64,000 bases of DNA from IMG/VR virus record IMGVR_UViG_3300046660_000488, positions 1-64,000 of that record; one strand, given 5' to 3'. Made by a program: the position numbers and the translations under genes. The notes below the pieces were generated by a model. That model was not told the DNA's origin and did not search any database. It saw only the letters and a list, made by a program, of their open reading frames with translations. The stretch's first letter is position 1, and each line of letters starts with the position of its first letter. This document shows positions 45,477 to 53,649 of the stretch, one piece after another.

Positions 45477-47050
45477 TCGATCTCACCCTTCACGGCCCGG
45501 TTCAGCAGGTCGATGGTGTTCTGACGCCCGTAGGCGGCCGTGAACGACCCGAAGCGCGGACCCTGCTCGTCACCGAACAGAACCTCGTACAGGCTCTGGA
45601 ACCATGCCCGCAGGGGCTGGAAATCGTGAGCCTTGCCGACCTCGTAGACCTCGAATTGATAGGCCTCCGGGTCGAGCCCATCAGCCATCTTCTCGAACCG
45701 CTCGACCAGATCGAGGAAGGCCGTGGCCTCCTGTTCGGTCGGGGCGCGTCGCTGGCGATCCTGTAGCAGGATGTCGCGGGCATAGTTGATCGCCCCGTCG
45801 ATCAGAGGGGTCAGGAAGGCCAGATCACCGGCCGACAGCGCCTTGTACTGTCGCAGGTAGGCGATCAGGCTCTCACGATCCTTGGCGCCGGACACCACCG
45901 CCAGATTCAGCAGCAGGCCATAGGTCACGTCGCTGCTGTAAGGCGGCGGCGTATCCCCGTGGATGTGCCAGATCGGCGAGTCGAGCTTGGCCGCGCCGGT
46001 GAGAGCCGGATAGGCGACCAGCGCCTTCAGGTACTCGTCGGTGGCGCGCGGAACCGTCTTGGCCGTGAAAATCTTGGCCTCGCGCGGCTTCAGGAACATG
46101 AAGTAGGCCAGCGGCCCCGTGGTGCTGTAGCGGCTCCACGTCTCCATGCTCATGCCGTTGCCGGACGACTTCGATTGCTTGCGGCCCTCGTCGTCGAGGA
46201 ACAGTTCATAGGTGAACGTCATCGGAGGCTTGCCGCCGATGGCCTTGCAGATGCGCGACGACAGCACGGCGCTGTCCATCAAGTCCTTGCCGTGCATTTC
46301 GTAGTCCACGTCGAAGACGACCCAGCGAGCGGCCCAGTCCACCTTCCACTGAAGCTTGGCGGCGCCTCCGCGCACGTCGATCAGCATGTCCACGCCCGCG
46401 TCGAACGTCGAATCCTTGAAGAACAGGCCGCGTCCGGCGTCGCCGAAGTCCTCAGACGGTCGGACGCTGGCATCGGCCAGCAAGACGCCGGAGTAAGCCA
46501 GCGGCATGAAGGCCGAGTACGTCGCCTTGCGGGCGTCACGCAGGGTCGGGAGCATGATCGCCTGAACAGCGTCGTAGCTGAGCAAGACGCGCTGTAGCAC
46601 GTCGTCGAACACGCCGTTGCGATAGCACTCGGTCGCCGAAATTAACTCGACGTCCTCGAAGCCCGACTGCTCGATGAAAGCCTTCAGCGCCGCGTTGTTG
46701 CGGTGCGCGAAGCTCTCGTACTCACCGAAAGGATCGGGGACCATCGTCAGCGGCTTGCCGAGGTGTTCGGCCATGCTTTCGGGCATGCCGTCCGGAACCT
46801 TGCGGAAGCCGTCGTAGTCGTCGCTGAAGACGATGAGGCGCGTGGCGACCGTGCCGCCCGTCAACTCGATGAAGGCGTCGCGAACCATCTGGGTGCGCGT
46901 GACCTCGCCGAACGTGCCGATGTGCGGGGCGCCCGAAGGACCAAAGCCGGTCTGGAACGTGACCAGCTTCTTGTCACCGACACGCTTCAGCAGAGCACGA
47001 GCCTGCTCGAACGGCCACGACTTGGCGTTCTGCGCGTCAGGATTGGTCAT
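45473..47050 (-). CDS. class I lysyl-tRNA synthetase
   Basis: SWPFE.A, TGFGPSGAPHIGTFGEV.RT, SDD.DGFRKVP, KLQWKVDW..RW, DYEM.GKDL, KQSKSSGNG, GPRFGSF. Confidence 0.95.
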   Translation of the reverse strand: MTNPDAQNAKSWPFEQARALLKRVGDKKLVTFQTGFGPSGAPHIGTFGEVTRTQMVRDAFIELTGGTVATRLIVFSDDYDGFRKVPDGMPESMAEHLGKPLTMVPDPFGEYESFAHRNNAALKAFIEQSGFEDVELISATECYRNGVFDDVLQRVLLSYDAVQAIMLPTLRDARKATYSAFMPLAYSGVLLADASVRPSEDFGDAGRGLFFKDSTFDAGVDMLIDVRGGAAKLQWKVDWAARWVVFDVDYEMHGKDLMDSAVLSSRICKAIGGKPPMTFTYELFLDDEGRKQSKSSGNGMSMETWSRYSTTGPLAYFMFLKPREAKIFTAKTVPRATDEYLKALVAYPALTGAAKLDSPIWHIHGDTPPPYSSDVTYGLLLNLAVVSGAKDRESLIAYLRQYKALSAGDLAFLTPLIDGAINYARDILLQDRQRRAPTEQEATAFLDLVERFEKMADGLDPEAYQFEVYEVGKAHDFQPLRAWFQSLYEVLFGDEQGPRFGSFTAAYGRQNTIDLLNRAVKGEIE

Positions 47051-47051
47051 G

Positions 47052-47840
47052 TCAGGCGTACTCCTTCACCTTGGTACGGATTTTATCGAAGGCGAACGTA
47101 TAGTTCCTTTTGAGAAGAAGTTCAACCCTCTTTGGCACGATGCACTCCAAGTATTTTGGGTCATCGTCGTAGAAGGAAGTAGGAAACTCAGGGAGGTCAT
47201 ACTTGCTCTTCTTGAGGGTCGCGCGTACGTCCGAAAGCAAAGGGAAGCGGGTGTTCGCATCCCGCTGGCTGAAGAAGCCAAAGCGTTGGATCGGCTTGGT
47301 GAACCCAAGTGTGTGAGCATCGGTGCTGAAGTCGCCGTCGAAGCCGCCGAGATTCCACGGAGACGCGCCCAGCGGCACGATGGTCAAGTGCGTCTGGTCG
47401 GCGCCAGCGGACTTGGCGATGATGGCGACGTATTCTTCTTCGTTCACGTGGCCGAGGCGGGAGACCGTGCAGAACGGGACGATCTTGCGATCCCGTGATT
47501 CCGTCCAGTTGATATGCCGCTGAATGACCGTCCACTCCCCGTTCGTGAACAGGTAGCGGTACTGCCAGCCACAATCCTCCGACAGGAAATTCTCCATCGT
47601 GATGATGCGGCGAGCTTCCTCGCCCCAGCCACCCGGATCGTAGAAGCACGTCTTGGCCTTGGTGGGCTCAAGGGCCTCGATCTGCCGATCCCAGCGGACG
47701 AGAGCGGCGGCTTTGGTCGGGCTGTTGTAATGCTCATGGAGCATGCGGCCCGTCCACGACAGGTAGGCGCTGCTTCCGACGTAATTGCACTCGACCTGTC
47801 CGTCCGGCCGCTCGAAGCCGATCAATCCGCGCGTACCCAT
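47052..47840 (-). CDS. hypothetical protein
   Basis: MGTRGLIG...G.ML.EHYN...Y.YLF..GEW, a phage-type motif set. Confidence 0.7.
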   Translation of the reverse strand: MGTRGLIGFERPDGQVECNYVGSSAYLSWTGRMLHEHYNSPTKAAALVRWDRQIEALEPTKAKTCFYDPGGWGEEARRIITMENFLSEDCGWQYRYLFTNGEWTVIQRHINWTESRDRKIVPFCTVSRLGHVNEEEYVAIIAKSAGADQTHLTIVPLGASPWNLGGFDGDFSTDAHTLGFTKPIQRFGFFSQRDANTRFPLLSDVRATLKKSKYDLPEFPTSFYDDDPKYLECIVPKRVELLLKRNYTFAFDKIRTKVKEYA

Positions 47841-48109
47841 CAGAGACCAACCTTCTCGCAAGGGACCACGACGGCGATCCCGTCATTCATCCGGGGTGAC
47901 GAAATGCCCATGCAGATTCCGCGCTTGTTCTTCACGTAGATCAGGCTGTCGGCGACGAACTGTGCGCGGTCTCGGACCGGGTCAGTCTGGGCCGAGCCGG
48001 GCGCGCGGCGCGGCATGGCGTGATGCGACACGAACCACATGAACAAGAACCCGAACAGCAGGAGTGCTCCGGCGACCACGTTCCAGATTTTGGTGATGGT
48101 TTTCTTCAT
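47840..48109 (-). CDS. small membrane protein
   Basis: N-terminal TM, two Cys. Confidence 0.65.
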   Translation of the reverse strand: MKKTITKIWNVVAGALLLFGFLFMWFVSHHAMPRRAPGSAQTDPVRDRAQFVADSLIYVKNKRGICMGISSPRMNDGIAVVVPCEKVGL

Positions 48110-48643
48110 CGGCTGACCGTGCCAGAGTGGCTAATTTTGGTCAACCAAAACGAAACGAGCCCGCCTGTGTTAAACGGCGGGCTCTGGTCTCAAATGGTTA
48201 AAATATATGAGTTGCCAACGCGAGGCTGGCGGTTGGACCATGCACCTGTGGCCATGGCCCCTGTTGAAATAAGGGTCAAAAATTTTTTAAGTTTCAAAAA
48301 AGCTGTAACCAGCCCCGAGTACTATTTAGTGCCCTAACGTCGTGATTTGCAAGATGTTTCTTTAGATCGCCGAGCAAAGATAGCCGATAAGCTGGACGAT
48401 CAACCAGACTGCAAAGAAGAAACTCGCCGCGAATACCATCGCCAGTATAGCGATCAGCGCGAAGAGCCAATGAGTGAAGCCGATTACTACTTTACGGCCG
48501 CGATTGCCAGCAAGATGAGCCAAGCGAAGAATCCAATGAATGAACCGGTCTCTACCAGTTCGCTATAGTTGCGGTGTTGCATTTTTTCTTTCTCCATTTC
48601 GTACAGCGCTATTTATGCTGCACTGCACAAATGGAGACCGAAT

Positions 48644-48964
48644 TTAACGCATCGCTTTGGCTGCTGAGTCGCCGTACTTGAGGATCGTCAGGTACTTGAT
48701 GGCGTGGCCAACGTGGTTCTTGATCTCCATCAGTTCGTCGATCCGGGTATAGATCGGATAGACGGTGATGCCCTGCGTGCGGGCCACCATCAGAGCGTGG
48801 TTGATCTCGATGGCGGTCTGATTGTAGGCCTCTTCGAAGGCGTTCTCGACGTCCTCGTAGTTCACGCCGTCGAACGCCTTCAGATACTCGAACCCAGCGC
48901 TTACCAGCCGGTGAATGACCAGCAGAGTTGCCAGCGGGCTGAGGCCGTCTTGTTGATCACTCAT
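48644..48964 (-). CDS. hypothetical protein
   Basis: Coupled ORF. Confidence 0.6.
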   Translation of the reverse strand: MSDQQDGLSPLATLLVIHRLVSAGFEYLKAFDGVNYEDVENAFEEAYNQTAIEINHALMVARTQGITVYPIYTRIDELMEIKNHVGHAIKYLTILKYGDSAAKAMR

Positions 48965-49484
48965 CCTTGAGACTTTCGAAACGCACCAATCTGGAGTAGG
49001 GCAGGTTGTAGCAGGCCGCCTTGACTTCCCAGCCATTTGACGGGTCGATGTCGCCGACCTTCAGATAGGTCGCCTTGTCTTTGTAGGCTTCCTTCTCGAT
49101 CACCCCGAGGACGAACCCGCGCTGATAATCCTGCGTGTTCTTCGGCCGGTAGAGCGACACGAACACGTAGAAGTCGGCCTTCTGGGACGTGTTGAAATTG
49201 GCCACCGACGCCTCGTAGTCGATCCGGGGCTCGACCGTGCGATCCTTGGTCTTCACCTCGATGGACAGGTGCTCCATCGTGATGTCGTGCTGGTAGGTGT
49301 TGTGCGAGGTCGATCCGGGGAAAGCCTTGAGCACGACTTCCTCGCCGAGGAAGCCCGCCAGATTGCCTTCGCCGCGCCGGATGGAGTTCCGCAGGGCGCC
49401 CATTTCCTTGGCCTTCTCTGAGGCGCGGGAAACCATTTCCGAGGTGATCTCAACCTCGATGAAGCCGTTGTCGAGGATTTTCAT
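48957..49484 (-). CDS. putative PD-(D/E)xK nuclease-fold protein
   Basis: G.LGE ... HDI....IEVKTK ... DFYVFV. Confidence 0.55.
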   Translation of the reverse strand: MKILDNGFIEVEITSEMVSRASEKAKEMGALRNSIRRGEGNLAGFLGEEVVLKAFPGSTSHNTYQHDITMEHLSIEVKTKDRTVEPRIDYEASVANFNTSQKADFYVFVSLYRPKNTQDYQRGFVLGVIEKEAYKDKATYLKVGDIDPSNGWEVKAACYNLPYSRLVRFESLKDE

Positions 49485-49735
49485 TTGCGGAACATCGCCA
49501 TGAAGATCATCCAGATCAGCGAGATCGGCCAGAAGATGGCCAGCCCGAGGGCGGTGACTTTCTGGGTGGTTTCGTTGACTTCCCAACCCTGTTCCTCGCG
49601 GATTTCGACGATGGCTTGCTCCATCGCGGCGAGGTAGATTTTCAGGAAGGGGTTGATGCCAAGCAGCCAGATCGTCGCCAAGATCAGCGGCATCCAGTGG
49701 ATCGCTTGGAACTGTTGGATCAAATAGTCCATCAT
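49481..49735 (-). CDS. small membrane protein
   Basis: Two TM helices. Confidence 0.65.
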   Translation of the reverse strand: MMDYLIQQFQAIHWMPLILATIWLLGINPFLKIYLAAMEQAIVEIREEQGWEVNETTQKVTALGLAIFWPISLIWMIFMAMFRK

Positions 49736-50073
49736 CGCCTTGCAAAATATCTGGTGGCGAAATCCTTAGCGGACTCCACCACTTGCTTCGAAATAGACGA
49801 GTGATGCTTTCCAGATTGGAACACGTAGGTGAAACCATCACCCGTGTGCTCCAGCGTGAAGATGATCTTGGTTCCGGCGTCTGTCTCTTCAGCCACAACG
49901 ACTGCGTAACGGGGGCCAGACGTCGAGGCTTTGAGCGTGAAGCACGCGCCGTCAACGACGTACCGGCCGTCCTTGGGAGCGCCCTGCTCGACCGTCAAAT
50001 AGGCGGCTCGCGCGAGGAATTCCCCGAGAGACTTGGCATTACCCCACAATACGGGGTTGAACTCTAAAATCAC
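49732..50073 (-). CDS. hypothetical protein
   Basis: ORF coupled to the downstream gene. Confidence 0.55.
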   Translation of the reverse strand: MILEFNPVLWGNAKSLGEFLARAAYLTVEQGAPKDGRYVVDGACFTLKASTSGPRYAVVVAEETDAGTKIIFTLEHTGDGFTYVFQSGKHHSSISKQVVESAKDFATRYFARR

Positions 50074-50130
50074 TTAGACACCACAAATGTCGTTTACCAA
50101 ATTTAGGCGAGAACGATATTGGGTGCAACA

Positions 50131-50163
50131 AAAAAGCGTCCGACCCGAAGGTCAGACGCTTTT
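50131..50163. terminator. bidirectional intrinsic terminator
   Basis: AAAAAGCGTC.GACC-cgaa-GGTC.GACGCTTTTT. Confidence 0.85.
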
Positions 50164-50164
50164 C

Positions 50165-50393
50165 CGATCTGCTCGCTCAATTTTCGCCGAGGGCAAGCGT
50201 TAGGGTTTTCGAGGCCCTGTCGGCGTGACGGCGCCGGAACCCTTTGTATAACCGGAAGCTCAACCCGGCACTGCAATTACGTTCGCAATTACGCCCAGCC
50301 TTCCCGCCGGATTGGGGCCAGAGTTTGTATCGCCAACTCAGGTCAGAACACGGGCTAGTCCTCCAGAGCAGGTGGCCACCCGCCCTCTTGGAC
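50165..50393 (-). ncRNA. candidate ~230-nt ncRNA with its own promoter
   Basis: TTGCTC-N17-TATCCT promoter with operator in the spacer; terminator downstream; no credible ORF. Confidence 0.5.
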
Positions 50394-50441
50394 CTGCACA
50401 GGATAGGCGATCTGGTAAACCAGAGCAAGGGTCCAGATACG

Positions 50442-50474
50442 AAAAATCCCCGGTGAGCCTTGGCTGACCGGGGA
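50442..50474 (-). terminator. intrinsic terminator
   Basis: TCCCCGGT.AGCC-aa-GGCT.ACCGGGGA-TTTTT on the minus strand. Confidence 0.75.
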
Positions 50475-50725
50475 CCAACGAACGCGCCGGAGCGCGCTTG
50501 CTTTGGGCGGTAAGCATTAACCCGCTCAGACTCCCGGCGCCGGGTTTCTGACCAGCCGAATCCCGAGGGATAGGACTGTCCTTAATGACTTAGGAGTACC
50601 TTGAGAAGCATGGCCGGTCAAGGCATCCCAGAGGGCGCGCGAGACATTACGTCCCCGGTGGAGCGCCGACCCGCCGCATGCCTCCGGCCGGAAAGCATGC
50701 GGAAAACTGGTGAGGGGTCGCGCAC

Positions 50726-51040
50726 AAAATAAGAGAGCCGCTTTCCGTTTGGTGACCCCGGTTTGAAGGGGATCAGGTCCACGGTCAGCGGCTCTCCGCC
50801 CAATCTGATTGCTCAGTCGGGTTGCCTCTTACGACCCGCCGTTTCCGGCTCCGCTGGAGGACTTTTTGGCTTCTCCACTGGGTTTGAACCTTGTGGATGG
50901 CCGGTAGCTTTCGACCTTTCGGTCTAGGCCTCGCACTGGGGTTCGACGCCAGTACCGCTTTAGTCCGTAGCTTTGTGGGCCGTAGGACTTCCTTGGGGTT
51001 CGAAGCCAAGGGTTTGCTTCGACTTTCGTCTTAGCGGGGT
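50726..51040 (-). ncRNA. structured RNA segment with repeated T-loop-like and GNRA hairpins
   Basis: Four TC(G/A)AACC-loop hairpins and two GAAA hairpins; ends in a GAGAGCCGCT/AGCGGCTCTC stem plus TTATTTT. Confidence 0.5.
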
Positions 51041-51044
51041 CTCG

Positions 51045-52205
51045 ATGGCTTGAGACTACAGCCATAGAACAACCGATCTTTACCCAAGGGTGTTCTCAAG
51101 GTTGCGGCCCTGAGTTTCTTGGTTATCCACGGCCAGCCCACGTGTTACGGCAGGTCAGGTCGTATCGGTCCGTGTCGCCTTGTTCCTACCTCGCGGTAGA
51201 CGAGTGGCTTTTCTCGCGTCGCTTCATACTACTCGACACTTCCCATCCCTCCTGCTTCGCGGGCAGTTCACGGCTGCAACACCGTTAAGAAATCTTCCGT
51301 ATCGACAAGGGCGACTTTGCCGGTCATTCCCCTGCCCCAATTCTCTTGCGAGTTGGGGATTAGACACTTTTCGTATGAAGCCGGGTCAGGCTTGTGCTTT
51401 TGTTTTGAGGACGGTTTTGACACCGCGACCTACAGCTTGGAAGGCTGTCGCTCTACCACTGAGCTACATCAAATCCACTGGGACGTGCTGACCCGTTGCT
51501 CCATAAGGCTTTCACCCTACAGAATACAACACACCCCGTTCGTTTCATCCTGCTAAGACTACTCCGAGAAACCTTTGGACAACGTGCCTGAGCCCGTCAC
51601 CCTCGATCATGCCGCACGCCCTTTCCCGCTAAGGATCGAACCTTACGACTATCCGTTACTTTCTCCCATGGATGGGTTTGCGTGCCATGGATACCGGGTG
51701 CGAACCCGATTTGAGCTACCTTCCTCGTCGGTTAGGCAACTTCCTATCCCCTCTCGGAGACCCATGACCCCACCTTCCGGAATATCTCCCATCCTCTGGT
51801 AAGGCGTGGAAGACCCTCTCGGGAAGCTCGGACCTGTATAGGTGGACAGCCACCGAAGTGACAGCGGGGTTATGTGGACATACCCCCTTTGAGCCCATTG
51901 CTGGGCCTCATCCTTTACGGCGCTATACCGCCGTTCCGCACCACAAGTGATTACCGTTCCTCTTACGAATACCCGAAGGCATCGTATTTGACCCGGCTCT
52001 GCTTGTGGGCAGATACGCTCAGCACTGTGGATCGTCTTCTTGCGAAGGCCATCCGAAGAAACTAAAGCGCGCCATCCGAAAACGTCGCTACTTCGATCTC
52101 ATCACATGGTCTAAGCGGTCGTTCGAAACCACTTTGCTGCCTCTCGACAGCAGTACCAAGCCACGTCTCCGGAGCGAACCCCGTTGCCGTGCCGATCATT
52201 GACCG
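51045..52205 (-). ncRNA. GOLLD-like giant ncRNA (~1.15 kb)
   Basis: TTGACG-N17-TAAGTT promoter; no coding signal; dense hairpins with GNRA/UUCG loops; embedded tRNA-like element; 3' motifs (GTGTTGTATT...GCAAC, AAAAGTG, GAGTAG, GTGGATAA, GTAGTCTCA) recalled from memory as GOLLD-like, not searched. Confidence 0.6.
51403..51473 (-). tRNA. tRNA-Gly(TCC)-like element embedded in the large RNA (probably not a functional tRNA)
   Basis: Canonical D arm GCTC-AGTGGTA-GAGC and ACAGC-CT-TCC-AA-GCTGT; aberrant T loop; AT-rich acceptor; no CCA. Confidence 0.7.
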
Positions 52206-52212
52206 GAGAACC

Positions 52213-52241
52213 AACTTACCGACTTCTTTATTCCTCGTCAA
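52213..52241 (-). promoter_or_regulatory. sigma70-like promoter for the giant ncRNA
   Basis: TTGACG-17 nt-TAAGTT preceded by an A-tract. Confidence 0.7.
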
Positions 52242-52532
52242 CCACTTTTTTTCGTTCGATCCGAAGATTTTCGCGAACCAGTTTGTCAACCCGGATTTCC
52301 GGAAGCCGCTGAGGTGTTTCCCTCGACCGACCGTGAAATCAACATACCCAGACCCCCTGATCGGTGCAACACAAAAAGTGCGAAAAACCGTCATTTGCCT
52401 GCATGATCTGTGGACAAGTCTGAAACATCGTTTGATTTCAAAGACTTGCGACGCTTCTACCAGATCGTCTTCGATCAATTAACGTGCGTTCGCGCGGATT
52501 TGGTTCAGAGAATGGTCATGCTTCGGACGATT

Positions 52533-53066
52533 TCAGTCCCAACCATTGCCTTCCAGCGGATGGGGCTCGTCGGCTGGGATGGTCCAGAATTTCCCGTCAC
52601 CCTGCGAACAGAGTTTCCACATGGTCGCCTTGCTCAATATGCGCGCGGCGACCGGCTCACCGGGGTTGAGGCGGTCGAAGGTGAACACGGGGTTGTCTTT
52701 CCGCAGTTTGCGGTTCCGCAGGATCGACAGGTAATAATGCTCGGTGGCTTCCCAGTCGATCTCACCGGAGGCCGTATCGACCAGCAGGCCGCGCTGCACA
52801 TAAGAGAGCGCGGCGTCGAGCTTGGGCGTGGGGAACGTCATCACGCACCAGAAGGCGCCGGAGCGGATCGGCTTGTCGATCTCGATGTAGCCGAGGACGT
52901 GGGCGGCCAAATTGATGATGCTCGCGTGATAGATGCGCGCATCTTCTTCGCTGTCGTAGGGGATGCCCTCGATCTCACCCATCGCATAGTCGCGGTTCAA
53001 TGAACCCTGCGACAGCTTGAGCAGATGGTTTTCTTGGCTGGGTGAGAGGCGTGTCGGCAGAGACAT
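52533..53066 (-). CDS. hypothetical protein
   Basis: 177-aa ORF abutting the upstream gene. Confidence 0.65.
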   Translation of the reverse strand: MSLPTRLSPSQENHLLKLSQGSLNRDYAMGEIEGIPYDSEEDARIYHASIINLAAHVLGYIEIDKPIRSGAFWCVMTFPTPKLDAALSYVQRGLLVDTASGEIDWEATEHYYLSILRNRKLRKDNPVFTFDRLNPGEPVAARILSKATMWKLCSQGDGKFWTIPADEPHPLEGNGWD

Positions 53067-53564
53067 TTAGACGATCAGGCGCGAGACCTGTAGGCCGCCG
53101 TTGAACTCGCAGACCGTGCCGATCTTCAGATCGTCGTAGCTGTGGTGGATCGTGACCACGGTCCACGTATATTCTTGGCCTTCCATGGCCGCGCAGAATT
53201 CCCGCGCATATTGCTCTTCGGCGAAGGCGGCGGCGAAATGGCGCTCTTCGTTCAGCCAGCCGGGCTTGTGGCGGAAGACGACGGCCTTGATCTTGTCCGA
53301 TCCGGCGTAGGACGTGAGCATCGGGGCGAACCGGGCATAGGCGGCTTGGCGCTCCAGTTGCTTGGGGTGCATGCCGGTATGGACGGCCGGATCGCCGCTC
53401 AGCGCCGGACAGATGTCGTCCTCGCCGTATTTGCAGCCGCCGAGGTTTTCACCCTCGTTGCAGTGGGACATATGCACGCCATACTGGCGATGGTCGGCTC
53501 GGATGATCTCGCGTGCTTCGGTCATGGCCCTCTCCCGGTTTGTAACCGTTGTCTCATAGCACAT
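53067..53564 (-). CDS. hypothetical protein (start may be 53525)
   Basis: H..HC....GCKYG.D..CP motif. Confidence 0.65.
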   Translation of the reverse strand: MCYETTVTNRERAMTEAREIIRADHRQYGVHMSHCNEGENLGGCKYGEDDICPALSGDPAVHTGMHPKQLERQAAYARFAPMLTSYAGSDKIKAVVFRHKPGWLNEERHFAAAFAEEQYAREFCAAMEGQEYTWTVVTIHHSYDDLKIGTVCEFNGGLQVSRLIV

Positions 53565-53649
53565 TCTGTAGCACAGTCAAGCCCTAAACAGCATTCCTCC
53601 AAGTCTGGCCCGTCATAAATAACCGATCTGCTTTATCGGTGTTTGAATT

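Noticed and set aside
48190-48620. AT-rich gap with short hydrophobic minus-strand ORFs after TAAATA; possible origin or small membrane peptides
   Set aside because: Evidence is too weak to fix boundaries or function; no iterons seen.
50250-50300. tmRNA resume-codon-like GCGAAC in the 50165-50393 RNA
   Set aside because: The encoded peptide ANVIAVPG lacks the C-terminal AA degron, and no tRNA-like domain is present.
50500-50600. RNase P RNA or self-splicing intron
   Set aside because: CAGAAACCCGGC only loosely resembles the RNase P 3' motif; I found no GAGGAAAGTCC partner and no interrupted host gene.
50119-52482. Small ORFs listed across the 50.1-52.5 kb block
   Set aside because: No SD sites or GC3 bias, and they overlap promoters, terminators and a tRNA-like element; better explained as RNA genes.
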